Source: an uncultured virus (IMG/VR IMGVR_UViG_3300028840_003539) (lineage: Duplodnaviria > Heunggongvirae > Uroviricota > Caudoviricetes). Taken from it: a stretch of 64,000 nt of DNA. Below, in pieces: positions 20,384 through 29,102 of the stretch (its first letter is position 1; every line of letters starts with the position of its first letter). Under the pieces are notes generated by a model. That model ran no database searches. It saw only the letters and a list, made by a program, of their open reading frames with translations, and was not told the DNA's origin. The stretch lies in IMG/VR virus record IMGVR_UViG_3300028840_003539. One strand, 5' to 3'. A program made the position numbers and the translations under genes.

Positions 20384-23245
20384 CTAGCCGACGTCGGCGA
20401 CCGAGTAGCCGGTAGTAGCCTGCCCGAAGATGTGCACGCTGCCACGAGGGCCTGGCAGGTCGAGGTGAAATTCCTCATTGACGATCTGCCGAACCCGCTC
20501 CGCGTCCTTCTCAGCCGTGTCGAGGTAGATGGCGTCGTGCCCATGGATGGACATCTGGCTGTCGAGGCCTTCGGCGTCGATGCGGTCCTGGATGTTGCAG
20601 AAGATGATGTTGCACACGTCGCCGGCAGCGAGCTGGATAGGCGTGTTGCGAAGCTTGTTCTCTTCGACTTCCTTCTGCGTCCAGTAGCGCTTGCGCCACA
20701 GCGGCGGGAAGGTCTGGTAGCCCTTGCTCAGCGCGTTGTCCATCTCGCGCATGGCCCAGCGGTCCCATTCGGGGAACCTACGCTTGAAGCCGTCCCAGAT
20801 CTTCGTGATGCGGTCTTCGGTCAGCGCCGCGCGAAGCTCGATGGGCACGCGGCGATCTTCCTGGATGGTCGTCAGGATCTTGGCCGGCTTCGCGCCGTAG
20901 AACAACGCGTAGACGACGCGCTTGACCATCGTGCGCCAGTTGCTGAGCAGCTTCTTGGCAGCCTTGGCTCGCTTCCAGACGGCGCGCGCTTGCTCAGGAA
21001 CTTCTTTAGCCTTCCACTTGAGCACGGTCGGCGCGTCGTGGCCCGTTGTGCGCATGAGCCACTGCGTGCATTCCGAAAACTCCTTGGCCTGTATCTTGTA
21101 CTGGTCACCGTAGACTTCCTCGCCGACCAGGCTGTGTGCGTCGTAGTTGCCGTCGAACTTCTTCCACGGCTCCAGCTCCTCGTCGAATTCCTCCTGGTTG
21201 AAGAGCTTGATCAGCTCTTCGAGGCCTGCGAGGCAAGCTGCGATGCGGTACTCGATCTGCGCTGCGTCGGCGCCAACCCAGATGCGGCCTGGAAGCGGGC
21301 GAAGGATCTTGCGCATCGCCTTCTGCCAGTTCTGCAGGTTGACTAGCTTGGACGTCCAGCGCGTCCCCTTCGTCCCCTCGGTGTTCCACGACACATATAG
21401 CCGCAGCCAGTCGGGGTAGTCGGGGTCGTCTTCGGCCTTGCGCAGCACGGGATCGATGAGGTGCTTGACGCGGTAGTCTTCCTCGGAGTAGTCGACGTAG
21501 GCGCGCACGAGCGCGCCCACCGTCGGATCTGCGAGGTAGTTGAGGATGCCCTTGTAGCTTGTCGAAAGGCGCTTCGTGGTCTCGTCTTTCGCCGCTCCGC
21601 CGTCTGTCCAGCGACCCGTCTTAAGCTTCAAGTATTCGAACAGGAACCAGCGTGCCTGGTGCGGGCTGTTGGGGTTGAAGTCGTCGGCTGACAGCTGTCG
21701 ATAGTCGGGCTGGTTGAACTTGCCTGACTTGCGCGCGCGGTCCTTGGCGTCGCGGTAGCGCTGCTTGTAGACGCTCTGCGATAGTTCCTCTTCGTGACCG
21801 CGCACGGCGTCGCGCATCTGCTGCAGCAGCTCTTCCATCTTCGCTGCGTGTTTCTCACGAAGCTCCAGCGCGGTCTTGCGGTGGATGGGAACGCCGTACA
21901 GCTCAGCGCGTCGCGCCAGCTCACTGACGCGCATCTGGTGAGCAGCGAGATCTACTCCCTCGTCGTTGACGTGGACGCGGCGTTCGGCCGCCCGCTGACG
22001 CAGGTACGGCACGATGTGGATGGTGTAGCGACAGTCGTCGCAGTTGTAGGTGTCGAGGTCGCTGTGGTCCGCCTCGCCGGCATTCTGCTTGTCCCAGAAG
22101 TCGACCTTCCATGGCGGGACGCTCAACCACATCTGCGCGGTGAAGTTGAGGTGGTGGTCAAGCTCCGGCTGAATCAGCCAGGCCAAATGCAGGCCGTCGT
22201 GCCAGTTGTCGTCGGTGCCGTAGTAGCGTTCGCAGACCGTCCTGTCGAAGCTGTAGTTCCAAGCCCACTTGTGCAGGTTCGCGTTGAGCAGCCGGCGAAT
22301 GATGGCGTCGCGTCGTTCTGCTTGCGCCGGTGTCCAGCACTCCTCGAAGCACTGCCGCTGCCTGTTCCACGCGACGATGGTGACGGCGAACGCTTCCTGG
22401 TAGGTAGCGAAGCCGAAGATGGTTATCTTCGCGGTGCGCGGTAGCTCTGTCGTCGTCTCGACGTCAACGGCGATCTCCTGCCGCTCGCGAATGACTCTGT
22501 CAACCGCTTCCTCAAGAATGTCGAGCGCGCCGTCCGGCCCAGCTGGGTGGTAGGGCGAGATGCAGTGACGTTCGCCGTACGTGCTGTCGGGCGGGACGTA
22601 GCCTGTCTGGGCAATCTCCGTCACCCGCCGCAGGATTTCGATGACGCCGTAGGTGTCCTTCGGATTGCGTAGCAGCGCTGCTGGGTGCAGCATCGGAACG
22701 ACGATGGTCCGATGTTCGATCGGCGCCAGCCGCATGTCGACGCCGCGCACGGTCGTCGGGATGACGGCGCCATGGCGCTTCTGGATGCCCCGCTGGCCTG
22801 TCAAGCTCTCCAACGCGTAGTTGCCGACGGCGAGCACGACCCGTGGCTTGACCAACGCCAGCTCGCTGTGCAGCCGCGCGCGGCACGTATCTTGTGTCGT
22901 GCGTTCCAGCACTGTCTTGTAGGGCAGGTAGATCGACTCGTTGCCGTATTCGTCGAAGGTCTGCACCGGACGCGGCTTGCACATCGCCGCGTTGGTGATG
23001 AAGAGCTTCTTCCGCGGCGGCGCATCGGCTTCTTCAAGCAGCCAGGTCAGCTCTTGTCCGGCTGGCCCGATGAAAGGACGGTGGTAGCGCTCCTCGACGT
23101 TGCCTGGTCCTTCGCCGACCAGCGCGATCAGCGCATCTGTCGAGCCCTCTGGCGGCACGACGATGTCCTTCTGCCGCGTGTGCAGAGGACACCGGTGGCA
23201 CTCCGGTCCAACCGGGTTGTAGATGTGCTGCTGCAGTGCTTGCAC
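20384..23245 (-). CDS. polA: Family A DNA polymerase with N-terminal family-4 uracil-DNA-glycosylase-like domain (SPO1-type architecture)
   Basis: UDG motifs CHRCPL, LVGEGPG, PFIGPAG and HPAALLR; exonuclease AVDVET; motif A DAAQIEYR; motif B RTMVKRVVYALFYG; motif C GHDA. Confidence 0.93.
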   Translation of the reverse strand: MQALQQHIYNPVGPECHRCPLHTRQKDIVVPPEGSTDALIALVGEGPGNVEERYHRPFIGPAGQELTWLLEEADAPPRKKLFITNAAMCKPRPVQTFDEYGNESIYLPYKTVLERTTQDTCRARLHSELALVKPRVVLAVGNYALESLTGQRGIQKRHGAVIPTTVRGVDMRLAPIEHRTIVVPMLHPAALLRNPKDTYGVIEILRRVTEIAQTGYVPPDSTYGERHCISPYHPAGPDGALDILEEAVDRVIRERQEIAVDVETTTELPRTAKITIFGFATYQEAFAVTIVAWNRQRQCFEECWTPAQAERRDAIIRRLLNANLHKWAWNYSFDRTVCERYYGTDDNWHDGLHLAWLIQPELDHHLNFTAQMWLSVPPWKVDFWDKQNAGEADHSDLDTYNCDDCRYTIHIVPYLRQRAAERRVHVNDEGVDLAAHQMRVSELARRAELYGVPIHRKTALELREKHAAKMEELLQQMRDAVRGHEEELSQSVYKQRYRDAKDRARKSGKFNQPDYRQLSADDFNPNSPHQARWFLFEYLKLKTGRWTDGGAAKDETTKRLSTSYKGILNYLADPTVGALVRAYVDYSEEDYRVKHLIDPVLRKAEDDPDYPDWLRLYVSWNTEGTKGTRWTSKLVNLQNWQKAMRKILRPLPGRIWVGADAAQIEYRIAACLAGLEELIKLFNQEEFDEELEPWKKFDGNYDAHSLVGEEVYGDQYKIQAKEFSECTQWLMRTTGHDAPTVLKWKAKEVPEQARAVWKRAKAAKKLLSNWRTMVKRVVYALFYGAKPAKILTTIQEDRRVPIELRAALTEDRITKIWDGFKRRFPEWDRWAMREMDNALSKGYQTFPPLWRKRYWTQKEVEENKLRNTPIQLAAGDVCNIIFCNIQDRIDAEGLDSQMSIHGHDAIYLDTAEKDAERVRQIVNEEFHLDLPGPRGSVHIFGQATTGYSVADVG

Positions 23246-23487
23246 TTAGCTATCGTCGCGGTACGCGTCCCACGCCAGCAGCAATTCGCTCGGCACGATG
23301 TCCGGCTCTTCGACTTCTACCTCGGGGTACAGCTCCGCTTGACGCTGCAGGTCCAGCTCGCATTCGTGCTCGCGGAACTCGCGGTCGGCGATCTCATGCA
23401 GAAACTCAGCCAGCCCGCGTGACGACGGGTCATCCCACATCGCGTCTGCACTGCAGACGGCGAAGCCTCGACCGACACGACAGTTCA

Positions 23488-23901
23488 TCATACGCTCCCG
23501 CTGCTCCAGCCGCCGGAAAGCTTCGGCACCTTGACTTCGTCTTCACTACGCTTCTCGGGGTTGCGGTACCGCCAGCCAGCACGCACCACAACTTGTACGA
23601 GCTGTCTGACGTCTGTAGCTTCAGCCTGCTTGGCGTTCATCAGTCCGCCGCGGACTGCAGCACACTGAGGCCGGCAGACGATGTGCACGATGTCTTGTTG
23701 TACGTCGTGCAGCCACCACCAGCCGAGCGGGACGTCGGGAAAGAATGGATGCCGGCCGACGCGACCACACTGGTTGCATTCGTAGTCGGTCTGGCCAGCC
23801 TTTCGCGGCATGCCAGCAAAAGGATCGCCGGGCCAAGGTTTGAAATCTGCGTCGTCTACCAGGCGACTGCCGTCGTCGCCCGGCGGAAGTTCTTGCGCCA
23901 T
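23488..23901 (-). CDS. Small zinc-finger protein
   Basis: CNQC and CRPQC; AAGGAGG RBS before ATG 23901. Confidence 0.6.
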   Translation of the reverse strand: MAQELPPGDDGSRLVDDADFKPWPGDPFAGMPRKAGQTDYECNQCGRVGRHPFFPDVPLGWWWLHDVQQDIVHIVCRPQCAAVRGGLMNAKQAEATDVRQLVQVVVRAGWRYRNPEKRSEDEVKVPKLSGGWSSGSV

Positions 23902-24074
23902 CGTGTGCCTCCTTCGAAAAAGCCGCCGTCGGGAGTCGAACCACGCTCGGCGGCTACGTCGTGCTATGCGAGGGGTCGAGGAGCCGACTCGATCCCGGTG
24001 GTGGTGCCTGGCTCCGCCTCCCGCCGCGCTCGACGTATGCATCGCACTGACGCGGGACTAGCGGAGGTGGACTG

Positions 24075-24785
24075 CTACGCCTGCGGGTTCAGATTGCCTC
24101 CTGGCTGCGCGCCCGCCGCCTCAGTGCTCGGAGCACCAGCGTTGTTTCCGCCCGTGCTCCTGGTCGTCATCGCGAACTGCTGCGGCATCAGGTGCTGCTG
24201 GGGCGGATGCGTCGGCGGCACTTCGGGAACGGCCGGATTGAGCCCCGCCTGCTGCAGCACACGCAGGGCGAAGCTCGACGGCGTCACCAGCTCATAGCCA
24301 CGCTGCACCTCGGAGAACTCCCGCGTCTCGACCTGTCCGGTCTCCTTGTCGGTCACCTGGCGCTCACGCCGGATGATCGTGACGTTGACGATCGCGCCGG
24401 GCTTGCCCGGGTCACCGATGAGCCAGTCCAGCGACAGCTGGGCGGCCTGGGTCTGTGGGTTGATGACCATGAACTGCGGTGCCAGAGACCACGGCGCCAC
24501 GGTCTTGTACAGACCCTTGAAGTAGTTCTGCGGGTTCTTGTCGCCCGTCAGCGCGAAGATGTCGTTGATCTCCAGTCCGACGGCGTGCTTGTTCTCCTCG
24601 TCGTACGCCTCCAACATCTTCAAGGTCACCATGCGGTGAGGCTTGTCGATCTTGGACTCACCGCCGATGCCGACGATCTCCGCCTTGTAGCGACCGGCAG
24701 GCACACTGCTTCCGCCACCCTCCCAGGCCTCGGTCGCCTCGTTGCTGTTCCAGGTGTCCAGTCCACGAAAATACTGAATAGCCAT
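24075..24785 (-). CDS. Putative ssDNA-binding protein (DUF669-like)
   Basis: VPAGRYKAEI OB-fold start and low-complexity tail; near the Sak4-like ATPase. Confidence 0.6.
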   Translation of the reverse strand: MAIQYFRGLDTWNSNEATEAWEGGGSSVPAGRYKAEIVGIGGESKIDKPHRMVTLKMLEAYDEENKHAVGLEINDIFALTGDKNPQNYFKGLYKTVAPWSLAPQFMVINPQTQAAQLSLDWLIGDPGKPGAIVNVTIIRRERQVTDKETGQVETREFSEVQRGYELVTPSSFALRVLQQAGLNPAVPEVPPTHPPQQHLMPQQFAMTTRSTGGNNAGAPSTEAAGAQPGGNLNPQA

Positions 24786-24801
24786 CTCGTACGTCCTCCT
24801 T

Positions 24802-25335
24802 CTAGGTCAGCTCTATCGGCTCCTGCTGACCTGAGCTTTTGGGTGTCGACGCAACACCCCGTTCATCCTCGCAAGCGGCCATGATGGCGTAGCCTGCAAT
24901 GTCTCGGTAGGGACTCTCGCCCCCGTAATGCTTCTGATTCGCAACGCGGAACAGCTTGTCGATGATTCGCGTTATCGTCAACAAGTCCCCATACTGCTCC
25001 ACGGTGATTCCGTGCGGGTAGAGAAGCTTCAGCACGTCGCCGGCCTTGCCGAAGCTGTTGCCGTAGGCCCGCTGCTTCTCGATCAGCATCCGGCCCAGCG
25101 CGATGGCGAACTCCGTGTAGCCTTCGCATGCTTCTTGGTCGGTGACTGCTGGCGCCGGCGGCTGCGTCAGCGTTAGTGCCGGTGCGTCGTTTGCTTCTGC
25201 CGTCGCCTGCACCTCCTCTGTCTTCTTCGAGTAGGCCGCGACGGCGAAGCCACAATGCGGGCACACGCGCCCTGGCGGCATGGCGAGCGCTTCCCAGTGA
25301 CAGCCCGGCTTCGGGCAGTAGTAGCCGGCCGACAT
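24802..25335 (-). CDS. Zinc ribbon plus nucleotide-modification-associated (DUF1599/Nmad1-like) domain
   Basis: KQRAYGNSF, RIIDKLFR and ESPYRDIAGYAI. Confidence 0.65.
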   Translation of the reverse strand: MSAGYYCPKPGCHWEALAMPPGRVCPHCGFAVAAYSKKTEEVQATAEANDAPALTLTQPPAPAVTDQEACEGYTEFAIALGRMLIEKQRAYGNSFGKAGDVLKLLYPHGITVEQYGDLLTITRIIDKLFRVANQKHYGGESPYRDIAGYAIMAACEDERGVASTPKSSGQQEPIELT

Positions 25336-25532
25336 CGCTACATCTCTTGTGGGCTCGGCTGCAGCCACGTCAGGTCGGGCGGGCAATGCAGCGCTTCCCA
25401 GAACAGGTCACAGACGCGTTGGACCGCTTCCACGCGCGCTCGCCCTCTCGCATGCTCCAGTTCGACGCGCAGCTCGTCCAGGTCGTGCCGGCTGATTGGC
25501 AGCACTGTTTTTTCGCCCATGGCTTCTACCTC

Positions 25533-26345
25533 CTAGTCGACCTTGAAAGTACCTTCGAGACGCCTTGCGAGCGCGTCCCAGTTCGGTTGCAGGCACCAGT
25601 CCTTGCCTTGGAACAGATGTTCGAAGTTGCCGCCGGCGACGAACGGCGGCGTATGGTTCGGCGGGCACTTGAGCAACAACGCGCGCGTCGTCTGCATCTC
25701 GCCCGTGGCTTGGTCCAGCGTTTCTTCCTTCTTCAAGTAGGCGATGATTCGGACCGTCGGCGCGAAGACCTTCTCCCAGTGGCTGCCGACAGCGGCGGGC
25801 TCGACCTTCAACACGATGTCGCCCGTCTTGATGTACTTGCTGTGGAAGACCCAGACGATGTTCAGCGGCAGCGTTTGCAGCGCGTTGACCATGTTGAGCA
25901 TGTGCTGCTTGACGACGTTCCACTGCCCGCCGCCTTTGCCTCCCATCTCGATCTTGCCGTAGTCGGACAGCTGGCTGACGACCATCTCGTCGTAGATCGT
26001 CGTCGTGTCGATCACGACGGTGCGCCAGTCGCGCTTCTGCCACTCCTCGCGGATGCGGCGCAGCACGATGTACTCCATGTCGGCGATCGGCAGCCGGCGC
26101 TTGTCGTCCTTGACGGTTGCGTAGTCGGGTGGCGGCGGCGCGTCCGGGTCGCCGCAGATCTGCTCCTGCCCCGGAATGAGCGGGCACGGCAGGATGGTGA
26201 TGTTCGGCCAGTTGGGATGCGCCGGCAGCGCGGTCCAGCCGCGCTCGGGCGCTGCAGAGATGAAGACTGGTCGCGGGAACGTCGCGGCGCACCAAGTCTT
26301 GCCGCTCTTGGCGTCGCCGTGGATGGCCATCGTGAGGTTCATCAT
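25533..26345 (-). CDS. AAA_24/Sak4-like P-loop ATPase (recombination)
   Basis: Walker A GDAKSGKT and Walker B TVVIDTTT. Confidence 0.85.
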   Translation of the reverse strand: MMNLTMAIHGDAKSGKTWCAATFPRPVFISAAPERGWTALPAHPNWPNITILPCPLIPGQEQICGDPDAPPPPDYATVKDDKRRLPIADMEYIVLRRIREEWQKRDWRTVVIDTTTIYDEMVVSQLSDYGKIEMGGKGGGQWNVVKQHMLNMVNALQTLPLNIVWVFHSKYIKTGDIVLKVEPAAVGSHWEKVFAPTVRIIAYLKKEETLDQATGEMQTTRALLLKCPPNHTPPFVAGGNFEHLFQGKDWCLQPNWDALARRLEGTFKVD

Positions 26346-27067
26346 TCGACAGCCTCCTTTGCTTGAGCTAGTAGATTGTTCAACTCGGCGCAATATCCAG
26401 TGGAGGTTTCCTGTAACGTTTTTGCCTCTTTTAGCGGAACGCTGCAACCGCCATGTAACTGCTTCGTCGCTTCAACTTCGATCTTCGTTCCGTGAAGCAC
26501 ATAGCTCAAACCAGTCAAGCCGGATTCGTCGTAGTGCTCTATGATCTTGTACCTGCCGTCGTGTATGCCTGCTAAGACTTCCTCGCGTCTAACTGCGAAG
26601 GCTAACGGCGCGGAGAAGAATCCGTGTTGTTCGTGTAAGAAGATTAGTACGTAGATATCTGCTCCGTACCACTTATACCTTTTGGCCGGAACGAATTCGC
26701 GAATGATGGAGGGCTTCGGTAGGTCTTTCAACGCAGGCCTCGCGATACCACGGGGCACCAACGCATTGCGTTCCCTGTCATAACCAAGCGCCGGGATGTG
26801 CCAGATTGCGTCCCCGATAGTCGTTTTCACGTCTACCGTTAGTGGCTTGTCTGCGCCGTTGAAGAGCACGAAGTCTTGCGGCGCTATTTTCGGCGTGTAC
26901 TCGACATGTGAAAAGCGGGCTGGTGCTTTCAGGTTCAAGCGCTGATTTCTTAACAGGTGAAGTGCATATACCAGCTCGCCTGCCGCACCTATCACGTGGC
27001 TAGACGGGCCGCTTATCCATTCTTCGGCCGCCGGAGTGTCCCACGCGACCTTTTTATGCTTCGACAT
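26342..27067 (-). CDS. PD-(D/E)XK restriction-endonuclease-like protein
   Basis: GAAGE...QDF...VDVKT; DNA is visibly lower in GC than the flanks. Confidence 0.6.
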   Translation of the reverse strand: MSKHKKVAWDTPAAEEWISGPSSHVIGAAGELVYALHLLRNQRLNLKAPARFSHVEYTPKIAPQDFVLFNGADKPLTVDVKTTIGDAIWHIPALGYDRERNALVPRGIARPALKDLPKPSIIREFVPAKRYKWYGADIYVLIFLHEQHGFFSAPLAFAVRREEVLAGIHDGRYKIIEHYDESGLTGLSYVLHGTKIEVEATKQLHGGCSVPLKEAKTLQETSTGYCAELNNLLAQAKEAVE

Positions 27068-28752
27068 CAGTCCTCCTTTTCGTCTTCATCCGGGCACGCC
27101 GCCAGCGCCGCCATCAGCGCCTTCAGGTCGCCCTCTTCATCTTTGCCCCCAAGCGTCTCGCACAACGACGTCGCTGCGGAGTCGTCCAGTGAGCGTGAAA
27201 TTGCAGCAGCCTTGCGCTGCAGATGCGAGTAGATCAGATCGTCAGCGGTGTCGACAGCGACGAGGTAGTTCCAGTCAACTTCGCCGCGCCGGCCGATGCG
27301 ATGCAGCCGACCTTCAGCCTGCAGCATGACCATCGGCACGTACCAGAGGTCGACGACGAGCCCTGCGCCGCAGCACTTCAGCTGGTCCATGGCTTGGCCC
27401 GTCGTCTTGAGCGTGCCGACGAACACCGCGGACTTGTCCATCTGCTTCAGTTCATCCTGCGGGCACGCTTCGAGCGCCTGCACCGTGTCGATTCGCTTCT
27501 TGCGCGTCGTGCCGCTGCTGATCGGACCGAAAACGAGGTGGCCGCGCTTCTTGACCGCGCGGGCGATCCACAACGCCGTCTCCTTGAACCAGGTGAACAC
27601 CGCGATCTTGTAGTGCGTCTCTGCAAGCCGTTCGATCTGCTCGATCGCTGCTTGTCGCTTCGCCTCGCTGATCAGCTTCAATGCTTTTGTCAGCGCCGTC
27701 AGCACCGCGCCGGGCTCGCTGTCGCCCATCAACGATGCTTCCAAGTCGTGCGCGAGCACAGCGTCGTACTCGACCATCGGTAGCTCGTCGAGCTGGTCAC
27801 GCAGCAGGTTGATTCTGGTGCGCGTGAACGTCGGCAGCTCGGCGCCGACGCTGAAGCGATCGACACGGCGCAGCGCGCCGCCAAAGCGTTGCTGCAGCTC
27901 CTCGATGTGCGTCTCACCTTTGCAGACCCACCCAAACTCGTTCTGCATGGCGTTGCAGTAGCGGACGGCAAACTCGACCCAGGTGCCCCACTGTCCTGGC
28001 TGCACCAGGTCGAGCAGGCTGTAGAGATCGATCAGGTTGTTGACCACCGGCGTCGCCGTCAGCGCGATGCGCTTGTGCACGTGGTTCTTGCGCGCCAGCT
28101 TCTTAGCTACCTTACGCGCTTTGATCTTGACGTTTCGCAGAATGTGCGCTTCGTCGAATACGATGCACGCAGGATGAATTCGCTGGTCGATCGTCTCGGC
28201 CCAGTCGTCGAGGATTTCGTAGTTGATGAAAAGCCCGTGGATGGTGCCGGTCTTCTTCTCATGTTCAACCAGCGCACTCCAGTATTTGTCGGGCGTCGTG
28301 GTCTGAAGCTGCGCCAGGTTCAGCCGGTAGTGCTGCCACGGGTCTGCGTGGGCGCCGACCCAGGCGCCGGCCGCGCTCAGCGGGCCACAGACGAGAAATG
28401 GTCCCTGCTGTGCAGCAACGTCCGTGATGATGTAGTGGAGCGTGACGATGGTCTTGCCCAGGCCAGTCCCCGCGGCGTAGATGCATCCCAGCGGCGTGTC
28501 GCGAATCCACTCGACACCTTCGCACTGGTACGGGCGCAGCACCAAGTCGCTCTCGGGCGCCTTGTGGCGTGGCGCGTGCTCGCCGTTGCGGGTGTCGCCG
28601 AGGACGTTCAACGGGAGGCGCCAGATCTGCTTGCTGCGGTTCTGCGTTGCGCCGGGCAACATGCGGTAGTGCTGCGGGTCGACGAAACCCGGCAGCACCA
28701 CGGACAGACGTACACCTTCGCGGCACAAGACCGCGCCCTTCGCATCCAGCAT
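27067..28752 (-). CDS. SNF2-family helicase
   Basis: LRPYQ, GTGLGKT, DEAH, LTATP and QAEGRLHRIG. Confidence 0.92.
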   Translation of the reverse strand: MLDAKGAVLCREGVRLSVVLPGFVDPQHYRMLPGATQNRSKQIWRLPLNVLGDTRNGEHAPRHKAPESDLVLRPYQCEGVEWIRDTPLGCIYAAGTGLGKTIVTLHYIITDVAAQQGPFLVCGPLSAAGAWVGAHADPWQHYRLNLAQLQTTTPDKYWSALVEHEKKTGTIHGLFINYEILDDWAETIDQRIHPACIVFDEAHILRNVKIKARKVAKKLARKNHVHKRIALTATPVVNNLIDLYSLLDLVQPGQWGTWVEFAVRYCNAMQNEFGWVCKGETHIEELQQRFGGALRRVDRFSVGAELPTFTRTRINLLRDQLDELPMVEYDAVLAHDLEASLMGDSEPGAVLTALTKALKLISEAKRQAAIEQIERLAETHYKIAVFTWFKETALWIARAVKKRGHLVFGPISSGTTRKKRIDTVQALEACPQDELKQMDKSAVFVGTLKTTGQAMDQLKCCGAGLVVDLWYVPMVMLQAEGRLHRIGRRGEVDWNYLVAVDTADDLIYSHLQRKAAAISRSLDDSAATSLCETLGGKDEEGDLKALMAALAACPDEDEKED

Positions 28753-28920
28753 TCAGATTCTCGCAAGCAAGCAGAGCAGGTCGCCACACAACATATCGTG
28801 GTTGAGCTGCGAGGCTCCACGAGATGTTGTGGTAGCGACAGTCTCGACCGATACCGCGAAAGCGGTTCGCGAGGCAAGAACTTTTTGCGAGAATCCGCTA
28901 AGGCCGCGAGAAGGTGGGGG

Positions 28921-29073
28921 CTACTTCGTGTCGTCTGTGAGAATCATCTCTACCAGCTCCGTCACGCGGATTCCGCGCTTCTCGGCTTCCTCCTTGAGCC
29001 TCTCGTAGGTCTCGCTGCGGACGGATACCTCAGTTCTCTTCGGACGTCGTACGACGCCATGCTGCTTTTTCAT
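28921..29073 (-). CDS. Ribbon-helix-helix DNA-binding protein (50 aa, missing from the ORF track)
   Basis: Hand translation MKKQHGVVRRPKRTEVSVRSETYERLKEEAEKRGIRVTELVEMILTDDTK*; GGAGG RBS. Confidence 0.75.
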   Translation of the reverse strand: MKKQHGVVRRPKRTEVSVRSETYERLKEEAEKRGIRVTELVEMILTDDTK

Positions 29074-29102
29074 TCGTCGCCTCCCTGTCACCTTGTTCAC
29101 CG

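Noticed and set aside
23921..23957. Second tRNA gene
   Set aside because: Only a T-loop-like hairpin is present, with no anticodon or D arm. Kept as an ncRNA candidate only.
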